Part shown: piece after piece, positions 1-15,369 of the stretch
Layout: the number at the start of each line of letters is the position of its first letter
Position numbering within the stretch: position 1 is the first letter of the stretch
Assembly: GCA_964016885.1 (NCBI GenBank)
Contig: OZ024749.1
Span: 56,668,001-56,732,000, forward strand
Source of the DNA: Eledone cirrhosa
Lineage: Eukaryota
DNA: 64,000 bases
Direction: 5' to 3'
Made by a program: the position numbers and the translations under genes
The notes under the pieces: generated by a model
What the model saw: only the letters and a program-made list of their open reading frames with translations
Told to the model about the DNA's origin: nothing
The model's database searches: none

Positions 1-5
1 CACAC

Positions 6-64
<59 letters not shown>

Positions 65-127
65 TATATATATATACACATACACACACATATATATATA
101 TATATATATACACACACATATATATAT

Positions 128-158
<31 letters not shown>

Positions 159-337
159 CACACACATATATATATATAAATATATACACACTCACACACA
201 TATATATGTATACACACGCACACACACATATATATATATATACACACACACACACATATATGTATATATACACACACACACACACGTATATATGCACACA
301 CACACATGTATACACACACACACACACATGTATATAT

Positions 338-374
<37 letters not shown>

Positions 375-690
375 ATATCGAGATAGAGATAGTGAGAGAG
401 AGATATATTCATGTATATGAATAAATAAATATATATATATCTGTGTGCATATATGTTTATATATATATATGTGTGTGTGTGTGAGTGTGAGTGTTTGTGT
501 GTGTGTGTGTATGTGTGTGTGTATGTGTGAGTGTATGTGTGTATGTGTGAGTGCATGTGTGTGAGTGTATGTGTGTGTGAGTGTATGTGTATGTGTGTGA
601 GTGTATGTGTGTGAATGTATGTGTGTGAGTATATGTGTGCGTGGGTGTATGTGTATGTGTGTGAGTGTATGTGTGCGTGTGTGTGTATTA
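1..690. repeat. Compound (CA)n/(TA)n/(TG)n microsatellite
   Basis: Directly visible dinucleotide tracts. Confidence 0.95.
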
Positions 691-840
691 AGCATACAAG
701 TGAGATTGGTAGAGACACGATCTCCAGTAAAGACAATGGAGGGATTTACAGTTAAAATGACGAGACAAAAAATGAAACGAAATGTCAATAAAATTTCCTT
801 TTCAAATTTAATGTTTTGATATTGATAAAACCTGATGTGT

Positions 841-1345
841 TGATTGTTGTGGTTATTGTTGTGGTGGTGGTGGTTGTGGATGTTGTTGTGGTGGTGGTAG
901 TTGTGGATGTTGTTGTGGTTCTTGTTGTGGTGGTTGTTGTGGTGGTGGTGGATGTTGTTGTGGTTGTTGTTGTGGTTGTTGTTCAGGTGGTTGTTGTGGT
1001 GGTGGTGGTTGTGGTTGTTGTTCTGTAGGTTGTTGTTGTGGTGGTGGTGGTGGTGGTGGTTGTGGTTGTGGTTGTTGTTGTTGTGGTGGTTGTTGTTGTG
1101 GTGGTTGTTGTTGTGGTGGTTGTTGTCGTTGTTGTTGTGGTGGTTTTTGTGGTGATTGTGGTGGTGGTGGTTGTGGTGATTGTGGTGGTGGTGGTTGTGG
1201 TTGTTGTTCTGGTTGTTGTTGTGGTGGTGGTTGTGTTGGTGGTTGAGGTGGTGGTTGTGGTGGTGGTCGTTGTTGTTGTTATTGTGGCGGTTGTTGTGGT
1301 TGTAGTTGTTGGTGGTTGTTGTTGGTGGTTGTTGTTGTTGTTGTT
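841..1345. repeat. Degenerate (GTG)n/(TTG)n trinucleotide tract
   Basis: Directly visible. Confidence 0.95.
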
Positions 1346-1476
1346 CTGCCTTTCGTTCCTTGATTTCCGAGTCAAAAAGTAAAGTAAAATGACAAACAAA
1401 CGAACATACATTCCTGTTGTATGTGGGAGAGTATATATGTCTATGTACGTTTATACAAACACACCACATACTCACA

Positions 1477-1548
<72 letters not shown>

Positions 1549-1621
1549 GACAGACAGATAGCCATAAAGATATATAGATAGATAAATAGATAGATAGATA
1601 TACATCCATATAGATACGCAT

Positions 1622-1762
<141 letters not shown>

Positions 1763-2079
1763 AAGCGAGAAATAGATAGATAAACAAATATACAGATAGA
1801 TAGAGAGAGACATGAAGCGGTGTTAAATTCACTGTTAGTAATTTGAGAGTGAAGTAACTGTGTGACATGCAATTGATTCCCAACTGGACGCTACACAGTT
1901 CATTTGCTTTGTTAATTGCCGCGGGGAAATCAAGGACCCGAGCAGAACAAAATCCTTTGTTTTCCAACCTCATTAGGCCTAATGATAACTTTGATATTTG
2001 CCGCTGATTACTTATAAAAATATAGACTTTTAGGGATTGTCTTATTCTCCCTTGTGTAATATTATCAAATATTACACAC

Positions 2080-2149
<70 letters not shown>

Positions 2150-2554
2150 CATATATATATGATAATATACAAAATATATAACACATTTATATATACAAAG
2201 ACATAGATAAACGCATATATTATACATACATATTTACAAACATATAAACATATATATATTATTTTGTGTACATCCGTACATATATACATACATACGTATA
2301 TATATATATACATACCTGCGTATATATATATAAATATATATATACATGCGTATATATATATATATATATATATATACATACGTACACAGTCATATAATGT
2401 ACAGCCACCGTTACTAATTACAAGATATCTATTTGTCATACTTATATTAAATTAAATGCACCACAAAATCCAATATTATTTTGATGTGAGTTCGCTTCTG
2501 TCGCCCGACATAAACATGTCATTTCACGTTTTTAATTATAAACGTTTCGCAATA

Positions 2555-2756
2555 TACAGGGTTGGGCTAGAACATTCATAAGCTGATTATGAAGGAGTGA
2601 TGCTAGAGCTTTGAAATCTTGCAGGCATTAGTTTCAACTCTTCTTGTTAATAACTGCATTGTCTCCTTCAAGGGACTATGTTGAAAAATAAACCTCATTT
2701 GGTCATTCCATGAGAATATCTTGGTCAGCTTATGAACTTTACAATCGACCCTGATA
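2555..2756 (+). mobile_element. Mariner-derived MITE (~200 bp)
   Basis: TA-bounded imperfect TIRs (tacagggttgggc..ttcataagctga / tcagcttatgaac..gaccctgata); internal gggactatgttgaaaaataa reads GDYVEK*, like a mariner transposase C-terminus; homologous to 6614-6952 and 52126-52329. Confidence 0.75.
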
Positions 2757-3037
2757 GAACTGAGACGTCGGAATATAGGGAATGTTATAATGGCTATGCT
2801 GGCGTGTGTTAATTAGGACTCATGTTCTACGTCTCTAGCCTATCATGTTTTACATCACTTTCGGGACACGATTCGTAGCCTATCTCTACTTCATCACGAA
2901 GAGGTCACCAAATTGTACAGAATAAACGTTGATATATTAAATTAAATTAAATACTAATTCAAGTATATCGTTCCAGTTGTTTCTATGCCATACGTTTTGC
3001 TATTCATATTCATACATCTTTATATAAAGTCTTGTGC

Positions 3038-3193
3038 CCAGGGTCACATCAGGTCGGTGCTTACCCTCGTTTCTGTGACGTGAAGCGACTGAGATTACAA
3101 AACTTTCCCCTGGACAGGATGACAGTCCATTGCAGGGTAAAATCCTCAGCTATTGAGGGTACTCACTTTCAGCTGAATATACTCCCGCAACGT
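3038..3193 (-). mobile_element. Degenerate SINE body fragment
   Basis: cagtccattgcagggt..gggtactcactttcagctga..gcaacgtg resembles the junction region of family B SINEs in this window. Confidence 0.35.
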
Positions 3194-3235
3194 GCTCTAT
3201 AACATACCACACAACTCAATATATCTGTATATATT

Positions 3236-3330
<95 letters not shown>

Positions 3331-3655
3331 ACACAGAAATATCCACGGTTAGTTATGTGGTCTAGTCTGCATGAAGAACTCAATGTAATCCATATGTTGA
3401 AAGTGTTGTAGGTTAAAATAAATCCAGGAAAACAATAAGACATCAAAAGGAAAACAGAGTCATGATATAAGTTAAAACAATGAAATAAAAATTCAAGTCA
3501 TTAGAAATATACTTCACTGCTTTACGATCGTTTCTAGGTGATAATAATACATCATACGCATATTTCGTTATCGATCTATGTATGGTTAGTTCCAAAATAT
3601 CAAATAAGGAATATATTTACCTACGTGTAATCTATATATATATAGATTATAGATC

Positions 3656-3710
<55 letters not shown>

Positions 3711-5041
3711 CACATGACTCTCTACCATACAGGCGAGTTTGGAACTGAGAACACAAACTGACGGAATATATAATTCAAATCCTCTCATTCGAAGACCAAC
3801 CAATCCTGTCAACCCACTACAGTAGCCTGGTATTTTATTCTACAAACCTGATTGAATGGAAAACAAATATGATCTGAGCCGGATGTAAATGAGCTTCATA
3901 GCTAGAACTTAACAATTTGAGATTTTACTACCACGTCCTTTACTATTCATTTCTCTGTGATCTGTATACTAATCTGTACCAGTAATACACTAATATTTGA
4001 CTTAAGAGAGTGTAACGCGCAAGTCCACAAATTCCTTGTTCCAGATTTTTCTAAATCAATATTATTTCTAAAGTACATCTCACCGAGAATATTCTAGTTA
4101 TTCAGAATTCCCAGTATCAACGGCTTTATTGACAAGCCATGTTCCTCAAGGGATATATATTCAAAATAACATAGCATGTATGTATGCCTATATATATATA
4201 TCATGTTTAATATAGAAATGGCTTCTACAGGACTCACACATATACACACACATATATATATATATATATACATACACATATATACATACATATACATATA
4301 TATACACATATGTACACACACACATATATATAGATATGTATATATATATATATATATATGGCAACTATTTTACATCTATATCTACATCTATACCTGCAAC
4401 AACAATCATCACATTTTTCAGACATTTCAGTATCAAACATCATCTTTTAACTAAATCCACAATGACAGATATAATAACAAACTTTTCCTTATATTTGTCA
4501 GGTTTCACGTTATCTTAAGGCGAAGCAAATTCCTCGATGTATTATCGAAAGATACACAACTCCCTTGTTAGTATTTAAATATAAACAAATCCGATGGACA
4601 GAGAAATATAGAAAATATATAATTGCTTTCTGATCGTTTAATATATTTATTTGAACAGATAGAAAATTAAGTCAACGGGTCAAACATCGATTTCTTATAA
4701 TAATGTTACATATATGAAACATAAGCTTATTGCTGTGTATGTAAATCGAGAGGTTAATACAATTTAAATTATGTAGGAATTACATGAAACATTCTTGTTC
4801 TTTGAGCCTGTCCGTTGGGATGAAAGCCGTTCCAGAAGTGAACATCCTGTCATTCTTTCCAGACAAATGTGTTTATTGGACAACATTTTCTAAACCATTA
4901 GATGTTTTTATTTCATTTTCGTAACAACACTGTGTTCTGGCTGATTCTGTTGTTCTGATTTAAAGTATATCCGTGGTTAGCTTTGCCTTTGATCGATAAA
5001 TAAAGTACCGATTGATTCATCCTTTCGCTCTCTCTCCCATA

Positions 5042-5086
<45 letters not shown>

Positions 5087-5207
5087 TTGTCTGTGTGTGT
5101 ATTATATGCTATTCGTTTACCTTGCCCCGTGAGAAATATTGTAGTTGAAAGCACTTTTTCAATCAGGTTTGACCAAAACAGAAGGTAAAGCAACGAACAA
5201 GGGACCC

Positions 5208-5278
5208 AGATCAGGAATCGAACCCACAACATTATGATCGTAAGTCCAACCTACTTACCACTAGCTCACGTGCCTCAA
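5208..5278 (-). mobile_element. tRNA-derived SINE head (family B-like)
   Basis: Minus strand A box gctagtggtaa and B box gggttcgattcc; similar to heads at 13986 and 55233. Confidence 0.6.
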
Positions 5279-5678
5279 CCAAAATGATATTACTCATATT
5301 TATATCTTCAACCCTTAAAACATGTCAAGATTTGAATTCAGAAGAAGAGAGGAAGGAAACAGTCTAAGGTTGTGCAGCCTGTGTTTATTCAAGCGTTTCC
5401 TCACTAACTAATCCACCCTTAATAACATAAACATCGATTTAGGTCTTAGACATATGTATCCTCAGATTAGATTTCATAATAAATTACTATCATGTTTGAC
5501 GTCTTGCTTACGTTCGGTGCTTTTTTTTTATCTCCTTTTTTTTGTTAACTCGTGTTAATGATTAGTATGTTTACTGTGGGAAATATCACTGAAAGCTACA
5601 TTAAAATACCTGACTAGATGATTGTCCATACTTAGTTATGTCCCTTTACATTTTCAGTTCAAATCCTATTTAGAGCGA

Positions 5679-5740
5679 GTAAGGATGAAAAGCAGAGCTA
5701 ACCTCAGCAGGATTTGAACCCAGAACGTAAAGGGTCGTTG
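5679..5740 (-). mobile_element. SINE family A fragment
   Basis: gtaaggatgaaaagcagagctaacctc..ggatttgaacccag matches other family A copies. Confidence 0.7.
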
Positions 5741-6424
5741 CAATTTCCAACCCAAATCAGTTTGACATAATATATGTGACAAGGCTAGATAATTGAAATG
5801 CAGGAGGAGTCCCCCCAACTGTCATACAGACTAGTTCCATGTAACTTGAACGTCCATGACTCCGAAACGAACTTGTTAACCACTCAGCTAGAAAATACTG
5901 GAAATTGTAGATTTGTCCCTGAACCTTTTCCTTCTGCTTTTCTTCCGATTTACCGGAATAATGTTTGAAAAGCTTCCACTGTTTCCATGAAAAGGTATCT
6001 GCAGATGTCTCAATTGACTTGTATCCGATACTATCCAAAGTATTGATGACTTGCTATAATATCGACTGAATATGATGATTACGTTAGAAAATGATCAGAT
6101 ATGTGAATTCATCAAACTTTTGACATTCTTCTATTACTAATGCGACTACTGGTTATTAGTGATAAGATTTATTCCTTCGTATGAAACATTTTCCCTGGAA
6201 ATAAGCTCCCAAAGCAATTATATAATAGTATAAAAACAGTTTGATATAGGATTCAGAACAGAATAATCTGCTTACAGTGAAATAGAGAGATTTTCCTATG
6301 TGGAAAATAAAAAATATATATACGATATTTACGCGTGTTCATGTTACATAAGGCTGATAGGAAATAAATGAATAGAATAACGATATTAATATAATATTCA
6401 TGTTTATACGTGTAAAGACACGCG

Positions 6425-6590
6425 ATTGTGAGAATCAGTAGGACTAAGGACAAAATGGTCTTGCATTGCGATATTTAGTTGTAACTTTCTACGTACTGGG
6501 TTCAAATGACGTCGAGATCAACTTTGCCTTTCGTCATTCCGGCATTGATAAATTAAACTACCAGTCACTTACTGGGGTCGAGTTAATTAA
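6425..6590 (+). mobile_element. SINE family A, diverged copy
   Basis: B box gggttcaaat followed by actttgcctttc..gataaattaaactaccagt. Confidence 0.7.
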
Positions 6591-6613
6591 TAGGAAGATT
6601 TGGTTGTTGCTTC

Positions 6614-6952
6614 GAGAGTATCTTAGTCATAGGCTGACTATGAAGGAGTGATGTTAGAGTTGTGAAATCTTGCATGTATTAATTTCAACTCTTCTTATAA
6701 ATAATTGCATTGTTTCTTTCCAAGGACTATGTAAAAAAATAAACCTCATTTGGTCATTCCATGAGAGTATCTTGGTCATAGGCTGACTCTGTAGGAGTGA
6801 TGCTAAAGCTATGAAATCTTGCATGTATTAATTTCAACTCTTATAAATAATTGCATTGTTTCTTTCCAGGGACAATGTAGAAAAATAAACCTCATTGGTC
6901 ATTCCATGAGAGTATCTTGGTCAGCCTATCAACTGTTCAGCCGACCCCCGTA
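6614..6952 (+). mobile_element. Mariner MITE with tandemly duplicated ~149-bp interior
   Basis: Junction gagagtatctt(a/g)gtcataggctgac at 6614 and 6763; right TIR cagccgacccccgta ends at 6952. Confidence 0.75.
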
Positions 6953-7748
6953 GTTAACCTCAGATCATGCAGACCTGTGGTCTCCTTTTCATATCCCTTC
7001 CTTTCCTAAGACAATAAGGTGAAAGTAGAAAGAGGTTCGACTACTATAGGACGAGCAATCTCATAGGGACACCCTTGCTGGCCTTGTGCTTATCAATATT
7101 ATTGCAGCTGTTGCTGTGATTCTTGTTGTGGTTGTTGTGGTTGTTTCGCTTCAGGTAATCCCTAAACAAGCAAGCTAATGATCAAAAACATTCTCGCCAT
7201 GATGAACCCATAATTTTAACGTTATGTAGTAAATCTACATTATTAAATATGTCAATTATTTTCACAAAACTGTAGGGGTCTGTAATTTAACTGCTATTTC
7301 TAGCAGGACACTTAAACAAGCAAAGCAAGTGTCTCCCCAGGGTGAGAGGGGAGTTATGAGTCACCTAACTGAGAGGATGTTAACGAGATTGGATGTGGAA
7401 TAAAAGGACGGGAATTATTTTACGATAAAACAGAATCCTTAATGACATTAAAAGGAGGCGACTTCCTGAGATCTGAACAAATATGAAGATGGCTCGTAGA
7501 TATAGAGGTTTTGATTAAAATATAAGCTACAGGGGTTTCCCTAATCCCTCACCCGGCCTCCTCCACAGATAAAACCCTTTTCTTTGCGAAAGAGACAACA
7601 GTACACGCAACATATACACAAAGCTGTTGACACATACACACACAAATATATACACACAGATATTCATACATACACAAACATATACTCACAGATATTCATA
7701 CACAGATATTGACACACACACGCAAATATATACACACAGATATTCACT

Positions 7749-7866
<118 letters not shown>

Positions 7867-7959
7867 ATCAAAAAGAGACATACAGATGAATCATCTCAGA
7901 CATGTTACAAATATAAATAACTCTATATTAAAACCAATATCCACTTTCAGGTTTATCTC

Positions 7960-8071
<112 letters not shown>

Positions 8072-8096
8072 ACATACAGAAATACACACACACACA

Positions 8097-8232
8097 ACAT
8101 TCTGAGTTCAAATCCCGCCGAGGTCACCTTTGCCTTTCATCTTTACGAGGTCGATAAAATAAAGTACCTGTGACACACTGGGGTTGATTTAATTGACTTT
8201 CCCCTCCCCTTAAATTATGGGCCTTGTACCTG
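8097..8232 (+). mobile_element. SINE family A, 5'-truncated
   Basis: tctgagttcaaatcccgccgaggtcacctttgcctttcatc..gtcgataaaataaagtacc. Confidence 0.85.
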
Positions 8233-9355
8233 AGAGAGAGAGAGAGAAGGCGAGATAGATAGATAGAGAGAGAGAGAGATAGCGAGAGAATGAGAGAGAG
8301 AGAGAGGTACACACATACAAGAACATACACTCCCATACACGTTTCTGTGTGCATATGTATATTGACCCAGTAAAGATGAAGATCAAAAAAGCTAACTGTG
8401 GTTATATATCGATCTCCTAAGGATGCTATGAAATGCTCGGGTTGATTACATAGAGCTTGTCCTAGATGAAATATGTCACCTTTTCACTGTGGTAGAAACT
8501 ATCATTCTTTGTACTTTTATCACGCCGAAGACTCGGTTTTTCGTGTAACTCCTATATTCTAAACAATAACATCTGTAACTATTCCTTTCAAATTGTCCCC
8601 TTTTTTTAACAGGACTCTATTAGGATTGGTAATTAGTTATATTGACTGGGGCAAAAGTTGGGATTCGATGTTTGCCGGATTATGGAGAAAATATTGTAAA
8701 TGGGAGAGATCAATCCTCTGGATTGAAAGGGAGTAAGAGATTATTGCGGATTAGGGAACAACACTGGGACCAAATGTTAAAATTTACATAGAAAGGGTAA
8801 AGCTGTGAAAGAAAAAATAAGGGGGAATGTATGTAGTTGAGTATAAGTGTATGTCTGTGTGTTTAGATACAAGAGGTTGGGAGAGATGTGTATAGAGATA
8901 GTTAAATAGATGTTATAGATACAGAGGGAGCCACCTGTAGGTTAGAAGAATGACAGACTGACAGATAGAGAGATAGAGAGATAGAGAGATAGAGAGACAG
9001 GCGAACATTGCAAGATTTAGGGAGAACGGAACTCAGAGATTTTAAAATATGGAGATTTCGAACAGACGGAGATTATAGGGAAAGTGCAAGGTTATGATTG
9101 AATGAAGGATAAATAAAGAGGGAGAAAGAGAGAGAAAAGGAGAGAGGGGTAGAAGGGGAAAACAGACAGACAGACAGGCAGATGGTAGATCGATAGATCG
9201 ATTATAGATAGACGATTATGTAGAAAGTACAAGGGTATGAGTGAATGAAGGATAGATGAAGAGTGAGAGAGGTAGGGGGAGAGGTAGGGGGAGAGGTAGG
9301 CGAAAAGACAGATGATAGATATAGATATATAGATAGATAGACAGAGATTATATAT

Positions 9356-9412
<57 letters not shown>

Positions 9413-9775
9413 CAGGTAGATTTATTGAGAGAGCCGAGGCAAGGAGAGAAGAGAATAATATAAAATGTGATAAATATCAAAGTGGATAGAGGGAGAAAGA
9501 GTGAAGGGGGAGGGGAGGGATAGAGAGGGGGAGTGGTCGGAATGGCGGGGGGGGGATGTTGCATGAGGAATAGTGGGAGAGATTACGAGATAAATAATAT
9601 TATGGAGAGCTGATCAATCAGATAGATAGTAGTGATTCACGAATATCGACAAATTGTGTAGAACAGATGGGGTTTTATATAGGGAGAGGGGGGAGGGGGA
9701 GTGAATGGGTGAGGGGGTGAGGAGGGGGGTGACAGGAAAACCGATCATCAGATATGTACATTCATAATCGTAGAG

Positions 9776-9811
<36 letters not shown>

Positions 9812-10043
9812 GTATATATATGTATTTATGTATATATTTATATTTATGTATATATATGTATATTTATGTATATGTATATATATATATTTATATTTGCGTG
9901 CGTGTGTATTTGTTTGTGTGTGAGTGTGCGTACGTAAACATATATACACGTATACACCAATATGCCTATAAATATATGTATGTATGATGGATGAGTGTAT
10001 AATAAACTGTATATAGAGTGCCTAACTATATGACGAATGTGTT

Positions 10044-10189
<146 letters not shown>

Positions 10190-11377
10190 CCTCGTCGTTT
10201 AGCCTGGTTAGTGAAGTTTTATGAATGAGTCTATCTGTGCACGTCTATGGCAAGTTCGCAGTGGCTGAAGAGAGTTCCATGTTAGGACAGCCAGATTCTG
10301 CCCGGGAGTAATTCTGTAGAGTGATCAACTATTGCTGTGGACATATGTATTGGGACTAGACATTTCTAATTTCAAAATAGATTATGAGCAAATAATAGCG
10401 AAAGAAACATGAAGATAGAATGATAGATATATTGCTAGATATGTAGAGAGAGAAACAGACAATAGGATTGTGGTGGAAAGTAGAGATGAAATAACTCTGT
10501 GAGGTATATAGTGAATGGAAAGATAAAGTAGCTGAGAGAGGGGGGCCGGAGGGAGAGGGGGAGGGGGGGGGGGGGAGGGAGAGGGGGAAGAGATGGGGGA
10601 GAGAGATGAAGAGAGGGAGAGAGATGAAGGGAGGGAGATTAAGAGACGGGGATAGAGAGGGAGATGAAGAGAGAGAGGGATAGAGAGGGAGATGATGAGA
10701 GAGCAGGGGATAGATAGGGAGAGAAAGAGTTAGAGAGAGTGTTAGAGAGAACAAGGGAGAGATAGAAAGTGAGTGAGAGAAAGAGAGAGATAGAAAGTGA
10801 GAGATAGAGGGAGAGAGAGAGAGCAAGAGAGAGATAGAAAGAGAGATAGAGAGAGAAAGAGAGAGTTAGAGAGGTGGCGGGAGTAACTGAAGGTAGACAA
10901 AATAGAGAGAGAATGTTAGGTAAAAGTGAGATAAAGACGACGTCAACTTGGATATGTTTATAAGAGAGAGTAAAAAGAAGTAAATAGTAAAACAAATGTA
11001 ACAAACAACTTATCTTTGAAACCAATCTTTAGAGCCACCGTGTTCGTTTCCCAGCAGTATTTGCTCCAATCCATTTCCTTCTAGCTACTCTCATTTCCCC
11101 TTCCGGTTCAGAAAAAAAACAACACCGTAACCAATGTCGAGGGTTATGACTGTAGTTTTGTTGAGTTTTTTTTGGGGAGGGGGGGGGGGGGTTAGAGGTT
11201 TTATTTTTTGTTTGTTTTAGACCTACAACCTCATCCAGAACCATTCAAACATACACACACATTAACACACACACACACACACAGACATGTATATATGTGT
11301 GTGAGAGAGTACAGGACATACATGCACACAGACACACATATATATACATATATATACGCATACATATATATTTACAT

Positions 11378-11408
<31 letters not shown>

Positions 11409-11957
11409 CACACACACATATATATATATACACACATATATATATATATACACACATATATATATATACACATATATATATATATATACACATATATATA
11501 TACATATATATATATACATATATATATACACACACACAGACATACATATATCTACATACATATGTATATATGCAGGTATATATTTGCATATATATATATA
11601 TGTATATGTGCATGTATGTTTACAATATACTGCTATACATACCCTTAGTTCAGTCATACATAACCATATACGTAGACATAGATGGGTGGTGGAGGAGAAA
11701 TCACTTTCTCTCTCCATCAGTTTGCAATCTGATTTCAGCAGAACATATATTTATTCGGAGTGCAGATTAATGGACATAGTTTTACCAGAGATTTCAAAGA
11801 TGGTCTCTTTGATATCGTATACCAACTGAAAAACCATCCATTAACGATCCTAGTCCAATGACAAAAATACAAAACAACGAAACAATTCATATAAAAGCAG
11901 CAAACTAAAACATCGACAACAACTACTACTAGCAGAACTAATGCTTCCACTATTAAA

Positions 11958-12011
<54 letters not shown>

Positions 12012-12084
12012 GATAATAATTAACACTAATTTGAATAGTGGCTTTGTTTAAACATGGCATTTGTAAATAGTTTTTTCCTCTCCC

Positions 12085-12138
<54 letters not shown>

Positions 12139-12639
12139 GTAAACACACACACACATATATATATATATATAAATGTAAACACATATATATGTATATATAT
12201 GTGTGTGTTTATATATATATATATATATATATAAATCGCAAAACATATATAAATAAATATATACATATGTATATATAGACATAAAAGTAAGAGTAAGTGA
12301 ATTTTAAGTGGGAATCAGAGACATAGGTTTATCTATGGCTATTAGTACATTGTTTATATATGTATGTGTATGTGTATATGTGTATGTGTGTATGTACGTG
12401 TGTGTGTATTCTTTTTTACTGCGAGCTAGATAAGGAGAGAGCGAGAGCGAGAGAGATGTTAGTAGACAGTTAAGTACACATACATTTATTGGCGAATAAT
12501 ATGATGAATGCTTGGATAAGCTTTAACAGAGAAGACATTACCAACTGTTGAGTATAGTATGTGTAGTGTAAGGCAGATGTCCGGCTGGCGAGACTATTGC
12601 TAATGCCTATATAGTCACATGTACTTACCGCTATTTATA

Positions 12640-12675
12640 CCTATATGTAAATATGTGTGTGTGTGTGTGTGTATG

Positions 12676-12728
<53 letters not shown>

Positions 12729-12741
12729 GTATATGTACATA

Positions 12742-12775
<34 letters not shown>

Positions 12776-12793
12776 CATATATGTGTGTGTGTG

Positions 12794-12827
<34 letters not shown>

Positions 12828-12845
12828 CGTGTGTGTGTGTATATG

Positions 12846-12880
<35 letters not shown>

Positions 12881-12971
12881 ATATATACATATATATGTGT
12901 GTGTGTGAGTGTATATATATATGTGTATATATATATATATTTGTGTGTATATATATATGTATATGTACATA

Positions 12972-13025
<54 letters not shown>

Positions 13026-13105
13026 TGTGTGTGTGTGTGTGTATACATTACATATAAATGTATGTATGTATATAATAAGTAAATAGAGAGAGAGAGGGAG
13101 GGAGG

Positions 13106-13191
<86 letters not shown>
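12640..13191. repeat. Compound (TG)n/(TA)n/(GA)n microsatellite
   Basis: Directly visible. Confidence 0.95.
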
Positions 13192-13194
<3 letters not shown>

Positions 13195-13659
13195 GTTGAT
13201 ATAATAATGTGTGTGAATGTAGAGGTATTCTAATTCAGTAATCGACCCTATCATATCCGGCTGAAGTCACACATATTAGGGGTCACCTATCAACTCCAAT
13301 CCTTTTTCCAACTGGCGTGAATAATATGGTCTCCGTTTTACGGACACATTTATACACATACACACATGTATATATATACTTATATACACACACACATATA
13401 TATACACATAGACATCAGTACATTATTTTATGAAGTTATCACTCTATACACTGAATACATTTTAGCATTAATTTTCGTTTCCAGTTCATTCAATATGGCT
13501 GATTCTTCCTTTACAGTTTAGAATACTTTGTATTTCATACTAACAATGTCGATAAAATAAATACCAGTCTTGTACTGGGTTGATTTCTCCTCTATATCAC
13601 ATTCTCACCTTCTCTTGCTCATAACGACATTTTACCAGCTTGAATACTGACAGTGAGAG

Positions 13660-13986
13660 ATGTGGTACTCCTTCGATTGCTACGACGAATGGTCTAGTTG
13701 AAACTGGGAACGGAACGGCTTGGTCGTGAAATTTACATGCAAATAACTGAGCATTCCACAGACACGTGTACTTTTAACGTAGTTCTCAGGGAGATTCAGC
13801 GTGACACAGAATGTAACCAGGCTGGTCCTTCAAATTACAGGTACAATACATTTTTGCCAGCTGAGTTGACTAGAGCAACGTGAAATAAAGTGTCTTGCTC
13901 AAGGACACAACACATCGCCGGGAATCGAACTCACAACCTTGCGATCAGGAGACGAATAACCTAACCACTAAGCCATATGCCTTCAC
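13660..13986 (-). mobile_element. tRNA-derived SINE family B (CORE-like central motif)
   Basis: Head gtgaaggcatatggcttagtggttagg (A box), gagttcgattcc (B box), then tccttgagcaagacactttatttcacgttgc; 3' boundary approximate. Confidence 0.8.
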
Positions 13987-14512
13987 GTGAAACATGATTT
14001 ATGTCTTAATATACGTAAAGATATTGTATATGGCTGTATATTCACATTTATAGAGGAAAGGAGTGCGTTTGTGCCGTCAGTAACTGAATACAGAGGTTCA
14101 AATTCGCTCTCTCTATATAAGAAATCCTTTAGCACGAACATTTGTCGACATAATCCTACAATAATATGTTACCTATCATATCTTAGTACCTTGACGTAAG
14201 CAAACAAGGTACGAGAAATGCATTCGTAAATATGATCTTCGTAAATATGATCTGCAGCGTATGAGGAATTCATAGACAGTGAGATGTTCTCATCTGAAAG
14301 ACTAGACATATAATATATTTAAGTATAATAAATATATATGTGTTTTATATGTATCTTTATTCTGAATAATGGTGCCTTAGCTGTGCCGCAAATGCATCTG
14401 TGTAGGTTTTGAAACATCATGTTTTGCCTACTAGAACTACCAGTTCTACTCATTGGTAAGCAAAATAACTAAAATGGTGTGTGTATGTATATATATATAT
14501 ATATATATAGCA

Positions 14513-14552
14513 AAAGACCCCGACGGCTGAGCCCCTGCCGTTTCGGCAGCTA
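14513..14552 (-). mobile_element. HH3 element fragment (hammerhead 3' half)
   Basis: Minus strand GAAA-cggc-aggggctca-gccg-TC-gggg between TA tracts. Confidence 0.6.
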
Positions 14553-14754
14553 TATATATGTACGTATTGTATATTTAATAATATACTGTATGATTATTTA
14601 AACACACAAAGACATGTGTGTGTGTATCTTTGGAGAGATAAGGTTAAATGCAAATGAATGCATGTTCGTTAATTCACAGTATTAGCTTTTTTTCTATTGT
14701 TGTTATTCGTCTGTCTGCCTCATAGAGACACACATACAGACCCATGGACATGAA

Positions 14755-14807
<53 letters not shown>

Positions 14808-15207
14808 GATGAGTTTCTCTTGTTTCCATAAATCACCCCTTAAGCACAATCCCAGAAACGATGCTAGGAATCTGTCAGAATACCGATGATATAATAAACA
14901 TGTAGTCTTAGAAATTTCACCGAATATATTAATATTCCTCCTTTATTATTGTTATTTCTAATAGACAAGATGTACTAATAATAAGGTAGTATATTAACTG
15001 CGGAACTACAAGTTGGAATATCTTACATTGTAATGTATTTTTAGAAACCCACAAGAATTTCCGTTAGACGTGTTGTTATATGCATCCGGTGTTGTTTTTT
15101 TTCCACACATATGAGGCAGTTAATTTTGTATGTATATATGTATATATGTATTCATGTACGTATATATATATATATTCATGTACGTACGTATATATGTATT
15201 CATGTAC

Positions 15208-15260
<53 letters not shown>

Positions 15261-15283
15261 TGTACGTATATATATTCATGTAC

Positions 15284-15369
<86 letters not shown>

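Noticed and set aside
3512-3560. Minus-strand GAAA-cgatcg-TA palindromic stem III; similar remnants near 43690-43722 and 53295-53345
   Set aside because: Core too degenerate and no second copy in the window; possibly dead HHRs but not supportable
5757-6038. 93-aa non-repetitive ORF
   Set aside because: No recognisable homology and no clear splice sites; could be a decayed transposon
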